NCBI GenBank assembly: GCA_001769385.1
Contig: MEPB01000025.1
Coordinates: forward strand, 10,707-74,706
DNA length: 64,000 bases
Direction: 5' to 3'
DNA from: Bacteroidetes bacterium RIFCSPLOWO2_12_FULL_35_15
Lineage (GTDB): Bacteria > Bacteroidota > Bacteroidia > 2-12-FULL-35-15
Below are positions 56,040 to 64,000 of this stretch, piece after piece. Each line of letters opens with the position of its first letter. The first letter of the stretch is position 1. Below the pieces are notes generated by a model. It saw only the letters and a list, made by a program, of their open reading frames with translations. It did not search any database and was not told where the DNA came from. Position numbers and translations under genes: made by a program.

Positions 56040-56163
56040 TCATTTCGACCGGAGGGAGAAAAGACAACTATCTAAATCAATTATTTTTTTATTTTAATCA
56101 CCTAATTAACCATTTAACCAATCAACTTTTCTGGTTGAGATTTCTCCCTCCGGTCGAAATGAC
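56040..56163. repeat. inverted doublet of family 1 units between the MoxR and DUF58 genes (REPIN/MITE-like)
   Basis: TCATTTCGACCGGAGGGAGAAA at 56040..56061, and GAGATTTCTCCCTCCGGTCGAAATGAC at 56137..56163. The inverted match is 22 nt. A flanking direct repeat AATCACCTAATTAACCA occurs twice (about 56097 and 56201). Confidence 0.75.
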
Positions 56164-56238
56164 ATCCTTCTGTATAAATTCATTTAATTTTAAATTCTTT
56201 AATCACCTAATTAACCAATTAACTATTCAACCAATAAA

Positions 56239-57216
56239 CTATCTCGGTACTTCAATTTTTTCGATGATCTGTTTTATAATTTCATTAGTTGTAATGCCCT
56301 CCATTTCTTTTTCCGGAGTTAGCATCACGCGATGTTTTAATACAGGGGTTGCCACAAATTTGATATCATCAGGTGTTACAAAGTCACGACCATTCATTGC
56401 TGCAATAGCTTTTGAACTTGATAAAATTGCTAATGATGCACGTGGTGAAGCGCCTAAGTATAAGGATGCATTATTACGTGTTTGATTTACTATTTTAGCG
56501 ATGTAGGAAATTAAATTTGCATCAATATGTATCTGTCTTACTTTGCTTCGGTAATCTTTCACTTCAGCAGCATTTAATACTCCATTTATTGAATTAATGT
56601 CGATGATATTCTTACGGGCATGAAAATCAGCAATGATCTTTGTTTCATCTTCCAGGGAAGGATAATCAACTTCAATTTTAAAAATGAAACGGTCGAGCTG
56701 AGCTTCCGGTAAACGATAAGTTCCTTCGTGCTCAATTGGATTTTGTGTTGCTAAAACAATGAATGGCGCTGTTAAGGAATATGTTTTCCCATCCACAGTA
56801 ATTTGTCGTTCTTCCATTGCTTCGAATAAAGCTGATTGTGTTTTTGCCGGGGCACGATTGATCTCATCTATCAAAATGATATTTGAAAATAAGGGTCCGT
56901 ATTTAAATTCAAATTCCGAAGTTTTTAAATTATAAATACTTGTTCCAATAATATCTGAAGGCATCAGATCGGGGGTAAACTGAATGCGTGAAAACCCCAC
57001 CGACATTGTTTTGGCAAGTAATTTTGCGGTAAGCGTTTTTGCTACTCCCGGCACACCTTCAATTAAAACGTGTCCATCAGCCAGAATAGCTGCAATGAGC
57101 AATTCGATCATATTGTCCTGACCAACAATGATCTTGTTTACTTCGCGTTTGATATTGCTGACTGCTTGTTGCAAGCCACTCAGATCAACTCTGTTTTGAA
57201 AAACCTGTTCTTCCAT
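56239..57216 (-). CDS. MoxR-family AAA+ ATPase
   Basis: Walker A GVPGVAKT, Walker B LIDEINRA, QNPIEHEGTYRLPEAQLDRF sensor region; 325 aa. Confidence 0.95.
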   Translation of the reverse strand: MEEQVFQNRVDLSGLQQAVSNIKREVNKIIVGQDNMIELLIAAILADGHVLIEGVPGVAKTLTAKLLAKTMSVGFSRIQFTPDLMPSDIIGTSIYNLKTSEFEFKYGPLFSNIILIDEINRAPAKTQSALFEAMEERQITVDGKTYSLTAPFIVLATQNPIEHEGTYRLPEAQLDRFIFKIEVDYPSLEDETKIIADFHARKNIIDINSINGVLNAAEVKDYRSKVRQIHIDANLISYIAKIVNQTRNNASLYLGASPRASLAILSSSKAIAAMNGRDFVTPDDIKFVATPVLKHRVMLTPEKEMEGITTNEIIKQIIEKIEVPR

Positions 57217-57341
57217 ATCTTTGGTTTATTAGTGATTTTTGATTGATTAATAAGGCTGATTTGAGCTAAGCCTAAATCAACAAATTAACTGATTTAACTT
57301 TTTAGGTTTGTTTGTTCTATTTGTTCCTTTTATATTTTCCT

Positions 57342-58568
57342 TTACCGTTTATTTTCTTTATGAAATTCTTCGATCAATCTATTTAGTTTTAATAACTCCT
57401 GTTGTGAAATACTTGGTTTGATACTCAGGTCAGAAAAATAATAAAACAAATCATGCACCTTTTGTTTTTCAATTCCTGATAAATTCGAGATACGCTCTAT
57501 AAACAGGTCATCATAAATAGTCGTTTTCACTTGAAAAGCGGAACGAATAAATTCTAAGAAATAAGTTATTTTTTTATCTGCCACATTTTTATGGTTCCCT
57601 GCCTGATAATATAAGGTGCCAACAATATCGACAAATTGCAAGGTTGTATTGCGGTAGGGTTCAATGATCGGAATGATACGTTGTTTGCGCTTTATACCAA
57701 ACAGAATAAAAACAATTAACGAAAGAAGTAATAAATAATAGGCGTTTCGTAATAATGGATTGTTGAAAATAACCCGTAATGGACTATCTGATTTATCATT
57801 TCCTGCTTTGTAATATTCATCCCAAATAATAGATTGGTTGGGTAAACAGGATAAAGACCTGAAAACATACGACATGTTTTTACTTACAAAATGATAATTA
57901 CTGAATGCTTCCGGGTTGGTATTAATAAAAATTTTTCCCTTTCCAATTTTCATGGAAATAAAATTAATTTCTTTTCCATTGGTTAACCCGAGTACCTTGC
58001 TTTTCAAGGTGTCGAAGGACTTTAAATAGGTGCCTTCAAAGCCTTTTACATATGAATAATTTGTAGTATTCTTTAGCGAAGGATTTGAAAAGTTGATTTT
58101 TACCGTATCATATTGTTTTGTTATTTTTTTTATAGCTGCTGAATCATTGTTAAAACTATTTCCCAGATCAAAATAATCGTCTGTTTCCAATTTCAATGAA
58201 TCTCCAAATTTTCCTTCAAAATAATTAGCTGCAATAAATACGGAGTTCCCTTCGGCTGCAAACTTCAATAATTCACGGGTATCAAGGGTATCTGGCCGAA
58301 ATATATTATTAATGATAATGTAAGTATGGTTTTCGATGCCTTGAAGATTTAAAATATTATAAATTGGAAATGTTGCATTCGTAATTTTTTGAGACGGAAA
58401 TAGTGTGGGAAGAGCTTCATATAAAGCAGAAGTTCCAAACGGAATTTTATCCTTTTTGATATAGGAAAGATTCCAATTGATAGGCTTTGGACTAACCCAT
58501 TGCAAAACAATGAGCAAGGTAAAGCATACCACTAAAATGAAAATATATTTTCTGTTTCCTTTTAACAT
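57342..58568 (-). CDS. DUF4350-like protein (N- and C-terminal TM, large periplasmic domain)
   Basis: 408 aa; ...IPFGTSALYE.LP..F pattern near the N-terminus and a late TM helix, as I recall for DUF4350. Its position between DUF4129 and MoxR genes is typical. Confidence 0.7.
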   Translation of the reverse strand: MLKGNRKYIFILVVCFTLLIVLQWVSPKPINWNLSYIKKDKIPFGTSALYEALPTLFPSQKITNATFPIYNILNLQGIENHTYIIINNIFRPDTLDTRELLKFAAEGNSVFIAANYFEGKFGDSLKLETDDYFDLGNSFNNDSAAIKKITKQYDTVKINFSNPSLKNTTNYSYVKGFEGTYLKSFDTLKSKVLGLTNGKEINFISMKIGKGKIFINTNPEAFSNYHFVSKNMSYVFRSLSCLPNQSIIWDEYYKAGNDKSDSPLRVIFNNPLLRNAYYLLLLSLIVFILFGIKRKQRIIPIIEPYRNTTLQFVDIVGTLYYQAGNHKNVADKKITYFLEFIRSAFQVKTTIYDDLFIERISNLSGIEKQKVHDLFYYFSDLSIKPSISQQELLKLNRLIEEFHKENKR

Positions 58569-58585
58569 GTTAATTCTTAAGCTTT

Positions 58586-58634
58586 AATCCCCTTCACCCT
58601 AAGGGTTTTCAAAACCCTTAGGGTGAAGGGGATT
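58586..58634. repeat. perfect 24-bp-arm palindrome between the DUF4129 and DUF4350 genes
   Basis: AATCCCCTTCACCCTAAGGGTTTT-c-AAAACCCTTAGGGTGAAGGGGATT; the right arm overlaps the stop codon at 58633..58635. Confidence 0.9.
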
Positions 58635-59373
58635 ATTCCAATTTAAAGTCTTTAAATTTTGAAATAGTAGTAATAAAATTACTTTCATCTAATTGAAAAT
58701 CTCCATACCAAATGTATTCGTACAAAATCGCTAAATCTTTAAAATGCTCGCTGTATTTGCTGTTTGAAAGTTCTATCGAATAATCATTATTTGTTTTGTC
58801 AATTTTCCAAGCAATCAGATTTTTGTCACTTAATTCCTTCAGAAGTTTCAAAAAATGTAAACGAACAGCTCTTCTGAAATCTTTTTTTGAGAGTGCTTCT
58901 TCTATTAATTCATTAAAATTTATTTTGTGAATGTCTTCTTCGAATTCTTTAAAATCAATTGGTACAGATGCACTTTTACCATAAAATAAAGCTCGGATAT
59001 TATTTTTCAAAAGCAGTAAAATAATTAATACGATGGCAGCAATAATTAATAAATACTCGAAAATTTGTAAGCCGAGTGCCCCACCTTTGCTGTCAAAAAG
59101 TTCGAACACTTTTCGCCAAAACCATTCTTTGATCCTTTCCCACAATGTTTTTGGTTCAGGTCCAACACGATCGTATTTATAATCTGCATTGTGGAGTAGA
59201 TCATTCTGTTGCTGCAGAGGAACTGAACGAATTTCTACTTTTGAAGAATCATAGGAGATTTTAATTTTTTCTTTTAGTGTATCGTTTGTACAATAAACAG
59301 TAGTACTATGCAGAAAACTCCATAGGAATATAAGTAAGAATAAAATTAAAATTTTAATACTGCTGTTCCACAT
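58633..59373 (-). CDS. DUF4129 domain protein
   Basis: Two TM segments, then a C-terminal ...RRAVRLHFLKLLKELSDKNLIAWKIDKTNNDY... DUF4129-type helical domain. The ORF extends to 59400; either start overlaps the upstream gene. Confidence 0.7.
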   Translation of the reverse strand: MWNSSIKILILFLLIFLWSFLHSTTVYCTNDTLKEKIKISYDSSKVEIRSVPLQQQNDLLHNADYKYDRVGPEPKTLWERIKEWFWRKVFELFDSKGGALGLQIFEYLLIIAAIVLIILLLLKNNIRALFYGKSASVPIDFKEFEEDIHKINFNELIEEALSKKDFRRAVRLHFLKLLKELSDKNLIAWKIDKTNNDYSIELSNSKYSEHFKDLAILYEYIWYGDFQLDESNFITTISKFKDFKLE

Positions 59374-60310
59374 TGTTTTGCGGTGTGTTTCCAATTTCAT
59401 TGATGCGCTCCATTAATCCTACACCATCTTTTGCTTCAGCCAGACTATAATAATGAAATGCGTTAATAACATATAATGCAGAGTATAAGATGGTGCTGCA
59501 AAAAGTACATATTGTTGCAACAATTAAAAAAGCAAGTGGTGTTTCACCGCCTCCGTTTTTAATATGACTTAACAGCAATATCATTTGATAAATTATTTGT
59601 GGCAACGTAAAAACAAAACCAACAATTCCAATCGCAATGGCTGAACAAACAACTATTACCCAAGTCCACCAGAAATTTCCATGCATCACTTCTCTTGTTC
59701 GTCCGAACGATTCAAATACTCCTTTATCTTCCTGCATTTTTACAAGATAAACAACAGATAATTGCCACATGAGTGGAGGAAATAAAATAAGCATTCCAAA
59801 AACAAATGCGAGTGCAAATAAAATTCCTAAGACAGGAACGGCTGTGGTCAAACCAATTACTATTCCCACCAATACAGCTATAATTAGAAGAGATAAAAGT
59901 GTGAGAACAAAAAACACGGAAAGTATTTTTCCTGAATTTTGAAGAAGTTTTGTTGCTACATCATTCACACTGAAACTGTTTGGTCCTTTTTCCATGTAAT
60001 TAATCATGAAAGAAAAAGTGGTACCAATTAAAACGATCCCACTTACTATCGCAGATAACATGAAAATTAAAAATGACCAACCGTATTGTGCTAAAGGATT
60101 ACCACTTGAGCCACGACCAAGAGTAGATATTTCAATGGCGCTTGATTGATAGAAAGCACCGGCAATGGCACTTATCAATATAAACGGACCGGCAATAAAA
60201 ATGAGCGACTGGAAGAACAGTTTAAAATTTTGTCGTAAAAATTTTACTGTTACATTAAAAGTTTCGCCAAAATCGCGCACTTGCCTGAAATTGATTTTTT
60301 CTTGATCCAT
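59354..60310 (-). CDS. polytopic membrane protein of the MoxR cluster (family not recognised)
   Basis: 318 aa, ~6 TM helices; 3' end overlaps the DUF4129 gene. Confidence 0.6.
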   Translation of the reverse strand: MDQEKINFRQVRDFGETFNVTVKFLRQNFKLFFQSLIFIAGPFILISAIAGAFYQSSAIEISTLGRGSSGNPLAQYGWSFLIFMLSAIVSGIVLIGTTFSFMINYMEKGPNSFSVNDVATKLLQNSGKILSVFFVLTLLSLLIIAVLVGIVIGLTTAVPVLGILFALAFVFGMLILFPPLMWQLSVVYLVKMQEDKGVFESFGRTREVMHGNFWWTWVIVVCSAIAIGIVGFVFTLPQIIYQMILLLSHIKNGGGETPLAFLIVATICTFCSTILYSALYVINAFHYYSLAEAKDGVGLMERINEIGNTPQNNVEQQY

Positions 60311-60405
60311 ATCTTAATTTATTTGACACTAATTTTATTAATTATTTTTTATATGTTATTCGTCAACTAGCAATTTTTGACATTAATTTCACAAAATTTT
60401 TTTTC

Positions 60406-61401
60406 TTATATTTTTAATTCATGCAATTCGTGTCCATAAGCTTTCCGATTTAGACGTATCGGATAAATAATAAAATACCAAATGATAAATGATAAGGAGC
60501 TTAGAATAATTGTAAGGCTCAGCCACATTGGCATTTGCGAGTAGCGAGTTACAAAACTTTCCAAAAATCCGGCCGTTATAAAAATTGGAATTAATCCGAT
60601 AACAATTTTCACACCTTGTTTGGCGCTACGTGCAAACGATGCGCCACGCGAATAGGTTCCCGGAAATAAAATACTGTTTCCCATTGTTAATCCGGCACAA
60701 CCGGCAATGACGATGGCTGATATTTCCAATGTTCCATGGATCCAAATTACCAGAACAGATTGAAGCAATAATCCTTTTGCATAAAAAAAATATTGAAATG
60801 CACCAAGCATTACACCATTTGAAAACAGCATGTATCCTGTTCCAAACGAAAAAAAGATACCTAACACAAAACATATTAATGCAACACGAATATTATTAAT
60901 AGTGATACCAAAAAACATATCCACCTGATTCATACTTTTATAAACCGCCATTGGATCGCCTTTGTTTATATTTTCGATGGTCATGTTTACATAGCTGTCT
61001 CCCAAAATGAGACGAACAAAGGTATCATCCTTAGCAGCAGAAACAATTCCAATTAGCATGGCTATTGCAAAAATCAGAAATGAATATGCTAATTGTTTGT
61101 GTGAATTTTTAAAAATAAAGGGCAATTCATATTTCCAAAAATTAATAATACGTTTACTTTTTTCTTTTTTGCTTTTGTAAATTTCCTGATGAACTCTGGC
61201 CGCAAGTGAATTTAAGTATTTTGTGGTTTTTGCTTTTGGATAATTTGTTCGTGCATAGGATAGATCATCTGTTAGTTGAATAAATAGATCAGCCATCAGA
61301 TCGGGATCTGAAGCGCCTTTTGAAGTAATAAGCGAATCAAAAATTTGCCATTTGTCGGCATTTTGTTTTAAAAAAGTAATTTCTTTCACAGGCTGGTTCA
61401 T
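60406..61401 (-). CDS. SpoIIM-like (stage II sporulation protein M family) membrane protein
   Basis: Soluble helical N-terminal domain, then 5-6 TM with ...WIHGTLEISAIVIAG... motif typical of SpoIIM-family proteins. ATG at 61401. Confidence 0.7.
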   Translation of the reverse strand: MNQPVKEITFLKQNADKWQIFDSLITSKGASDPDLMADLFIQLTDDLSYARTNYPKAKTTKYLNSLAARVHQEIYKSKKEKSKRIINFWKYELPFIFKNSHKQLAYSFLIFAIAMLIGIVSAAKDDTFVRLILGDSYVNMTIENINKGDPMAVYKSMNQVDMFFGITINNIRVALICFVLGIFFSFGTGYMLFSNGVMLGAFQYFFYAKGLLLQSVLVIWIHGTLEISAIVIAGCAGLTMGNSILFPGTYSRGASFARSAKQGVKIVIGLIPIFITAGFLESFVTRYSQMPMWLSLTIILSSLSFIIWYFIIYPIRLNRKAYGHELHELKI

Positions 61402-61543
61402 TGAAATTTGAACTATTGTAAATTTATACAAAATATTGAATTGAAAATTGTTTAGATGAAATTGCAAGAAATACTTATTTTTATAAAAATTAATTTTGTT
61501 AAATATTTTTCAAGTGATTTAGATTTACCAAATTTTTAAGAAT

Positions 61544-61569
61544 ATCATTTCGACAATGGAAGAAATCTC
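61544..61569 (+). repeat. family 1 repeat unit (26 nt)
   Basis: ATCATTTCGACAATGGAAGAAATCTC in the divergent spacer between the SpoIIM-like and RDD genes. Confidence 0.6.
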
Positions 61570-61628
61570 ATTAAACCAAAGGGACGAAATTGACAAAAAA
61601 GTTGAAATAAAAATTTGATTCTTCCTTT

Positions 61629-62345
61629 ATGGAAAATATAAAAATACAAACCACACAAAATGTTGATATTGAATACGAGCTTGCCAGTATTGGTGATCGT
61701 ATTTTGGCTACGTTGCTGGATTATTTATTTTTTATTGCCTATTTTTTCTTGGTGCTTTTAATTGGCGCACTTACCAACTATGTGATCTTTGAAAGCTTGG
61801 CTGTTATTTCTCTTTTATCACTTCCAATATTAGTATATGATTTAGTGTGTGAAACTTTTTTTCAGGGAAAATCATTTGGTAAAATGATCATGAAAATTAA
61901 AGTGGTAAAATTGGATGGTACACAGGCTAATTTCGGAGCTTATTTGTTACGTTGGTTATTACGTGTAGTTGACACTCGAATATTTGGTGGAGCTATTGCT
62001 CTTATTGCTGTTTTGGTAAATGGTAAAGGTCAGCGTATTGGTGACATGGCTGCGGGAACAACAGTCATAAAAATGAAAGCAAATGTAACAATAAACGATA
62101 CGATATTAAATAGAGTGAAACCTGATTATACACTCGTTTTTCCGGAAGTTGCCAAGCTGAGCGATAATGATATTGCTATTATTAAAGATGTAATGCGTAT
62201 AAGCATTCAAAGTGAAAACATGGAAGCAATTAAAAAACTTGCTGTCAAAACCAAAGCAGCAATGGGAATTACTACTAATTTGCCACATACCCAATTCTTA
62301 GCAACAGTGGTTCAGGATTATAGCCATTATAATTTTGATAAATAA
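61629..62345 (+). CDS. RDD-family membrane protein
   Basis: ASIGDRILATLLDYL...GKSFGKMIMKIKVV..DG......LLRWLLR.VD...... RDD pattern; divergent from the SpoIIM-like gene. Confidence 0.85.
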   Translation: MENIKIQTTQNVDIEYELASIGDRILATLLDYLFFIAYFFLVLLIGALTNYVIFESLAVISLLSLPILVYDLVCETFFQGKSFGKMIMKIKVVKLDGTQANFGAYLLRWLLRVVDTRIFGGAIALIAVLVNGKGQRIGDMAAGTTVIKMKANVTINDTILNRVKPDYTLVFPEVAKLSDNDIAIIKDVMRISIQSENMEAIKKLAVKTKAAMGITTNLPHTQFLATVVQDYSHYNFDK

Positions 62346-62397
62346 GTTTTATCAATTTCTGATCAAAAAATTAATGTTGAATAATTATATTAAGTAA

Positions 62398-63279
62398 CTA
62401 GCGTGCGATAATTAGTTTTCTGCAAAAAGTCAAATCATTGCCTGAAGTTAAATTCACAAAATACATTCCTTCCGGATATTCTGTAATATCAAGTGTTATT
62501 TCAGTCTCGAAAGAAATTTGTTTTACAAAAACACATTGGCCTAAAACATTAAAAATTTCTAATTTATTTTGTTCGCTATTATTGGCAACATTGATCCGCA
62601 CATTTTTCGATGCCGGATTTGGAAAAAAAACTGTAGGATTAAGATATATATTTTCGGAAATCCCTGGTACAATAAGACTGTCAAGGCTTAGGTTGTCAAC
62701 ATATAATACCGAATTACCCAAAGGATCAAATCCAACCTGATCTACATTCCATGCAACTATCATTATTCGTGCACTGTCGGCATCAGTATAGCTGCTGATT
62801 GGAATGCTGAATGCAGTCCAGGTGTTGGTTAACATCCCACTGGCAAATTTTCCACCGGCAACATCAATTCCATTTTTATATAACCTGATATGGATATCCA
62901 TAGTATCATTATTTTGAGGCTGATATTTAAAATAACCGTACAGTAGGGTGGGGTGTCCGTTTATAGGGAATGTAGGGTAATCCATTCCATTCCAATCTCC
63001 TGTCCAGGCAATACCTCTGGCAGACCAATCCCCCAAAGAGGGTTTGTTTTCTAATCGGATGGAATAATTTCCAATTGTAATCGGATAATGATCTGCTGAC
63101 CTTGAAATAGGGAAATAACTGTTTGTTTGATTTACCGAATCGTTACTACTCCACCATCCTGTCGGTTTCATGCCGTTACCAATAGTTGTCCAGTTTTCAA
63201 ATCCATTATTGGGAATCTGTGCAAATGCTGATGTGAAGATCAAAAAGAATACAGTTAATGAAGTGTAGATGTTTTTCAT
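62398..63279 (-). CDS. secreted protein with T9SS C-terminal sorting domain
   Basis: Signal peptide, NGFENW start of a jelly-roll-like domain. CTD ...FPNPASKNVRINV......LEIFNVLGQCV......EGMYFVNL. Confidence 0.8.
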   Translation of the reverse strand: MKNIYTSLTVFFLIFTSAFAQIPNNGFENWTTIGNGMKPTGWWSSNDSVNQTNSYFPISRSADHYPITIGNYSIRLENKPSLGDWSARGIAWTGDWNGMDYPTFPINGHPTLLYGYFKYQPQNNDTMDIHIRLYKNGIDVAGGKFASGMLTNTWTAFSIPISSYTDADSARIMIVAWNVDQVGFDPLGNSVLYVDNLSLDSLIVPGISENIYLNPTVFFPNPASKNVRINVANNSEQNKLEIFNVLGQCVFVKQISFETEITLDITEYPEGMYFVNLTSGNDLTFCRKLIIAR

Positions 63280-63481
63280 CGCTTATGATTTAGTTTGACT
63301 GTTTTTATACAATTGAAATATAAAAAGGAATGGACTATTTTATATTTCAATTGGTATTATTTCAGACTATAAAAATAAACAGACCTTTTTCATTTATAAA
63401 TGATGTGAATCAAAGTAAATTTTGATTTGGTTCAAATTCAGGGGAGAATTGATTAACGGTTTGTGGAAGGAAAGAAAAAAA

Positions 63482-64000
63482 TTAATGCTGCACAACAATT
63501 CTTTTTGTCAAAGCACCTGATTTTATTTGTCCATCAGTAGTTAACTCAACAGCTTTACAAAAATAAATTCCCGGACTTAGATTTTCGGTAGAGATAGCAA
63601 GAGAATTGTTTATTATTTTTTGCGAGGTAATTAATTGTCCCATCGCATTGTAAAGGTTAACCTGAAAATTACTGGTAGTATTATTTAAAATACGAATAGT
63701 TAAACTAGTGTTTGCCGGGTTTGGAAACACTTCCATGTTCCAGTGTATCATATTGTCAGTAGGGGCTATAACATTTATACTAATAACTCCTTTGTAAAAA
63801 GCAACTCCACCCTGGTAATTTCCAACAACAAGATCTAAATAACCATCATTGTTGATGTCGGTGCAGGTAGGGGCTGTATGTGCGCCTTCGTAAATGGTTA
63901 AATAGGTAGAATCAACTAAAGTAAAAGCTCCTGAAATATTTCCATCAATATTATCATACATATGCAAATAACCATTTTCGGAACCAACTAATAATTTTGT
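63482..64000 (-). CDS. FG-GAP/VCBS-repeat protein with T9SS C-terminal sorting domain (5' end outside window)
   Basis: DINNDGYLDLVVGNYQGGVAFYKG FG-GAP-type repeat; CTD VFPNPANTSLTIR......VNLYNAMGQLI......PGIYFCK. The reading frame stays open to the window edge. Confidence 0.75.
   Translation of the reverse strand, partial: TKLLVGSENGYLHMYDNIDGNISGAFTLVDSTYLTIYEGAHTAPTCTDINNDGYLDLVVGNYQGGVAFYKGVISINVIAPTDNMIHWNMEVFPNPANTSLTIRILNNTTSNFQVNLYNAMGQLITSQKIINNSLAISTENLSPGIYFCKAVELTTDGQIKSGALTKRIVVQH

Noticed and set aside
56036-56485. 149-aa plus-strand ORF (…NHLINHLTNQL…LRFLPPVEMT…).
   Set aside because: The first half is translated repeat DNA from the inverted doublet and direct repeats. The second half is antisense to the MoxR gene.
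1-64000. Search for tRNA, rRNA, tmRNA, RNase P or SRP RNA genes in the GC-richer spacers.
   Set aside because: Every GC-rich island I inspected resolves into a short palindromic repeat unit or a terminator. None shows cloverleaf arms or conserved RNA cores. A covariance-model scan (tRNAscan-SE or Infernal) would be needed to exclude them formally.

Overview
AT-rich chromosomal segment that looks Bacteroidota-like. Evidence: a gldE-gldD gliding pair, several proteins ending in T9SS C-terminal sorting domains, TAnnTTTG-type promoter boxes, and tightly packed or overlapping genes. Standard genetic code: prfB carries the classical in-frame TGA +1 frameshift site.

I count about 62 protein-coding genes, most of them core housekeeping:
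- Translation and nucleic acid functions: serS, rpmA, rplU, ssb, rsmA, prfB, recX.
- Metabolism: gcvP, hemL, fumC, kynurenine 3-monooxygenase and kynureninase, mannose-1-phosphate guanylyltransferase, an aminotransferase.
- Transport: feoAB, mlaEF-like ABC genes.
- Accessory-looking modules:
  - a czcCBA/cus-like heavy-metal RND operon led by a His-rich small protein;
  - an ECF sigma / zinc-anti-sigma pair divergent from a barrel-less CarboxypepD_reg+Plug protein;
  - two tandem paralogous T9SS cargo proteins;
  - an ORF6N protein paired with a stand-alone EF-Tu domain-3-like miniprotein;
  - a conserved but functionally unassigned MoxR/DUF58/DUF4350/DUF4129/SpoIIM-like/RDD envelope cluster.

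I found no rRNA, tRNA, CRISPR array, intact mobile element or recognisable defence system.

Intergenic spaces hold short GC-rich palindromic repeat families, some as inverted doublets. A roughly 28-codon N-terminal remnant of an IS200-like/RAYT-type transposase is also present.

All family assignments come from reading motifs in the translated ORFs; no database search was possible. Nothing here amounts to convincing proof of a new system. The findings are hypotheses, with interest scores set accordingly.
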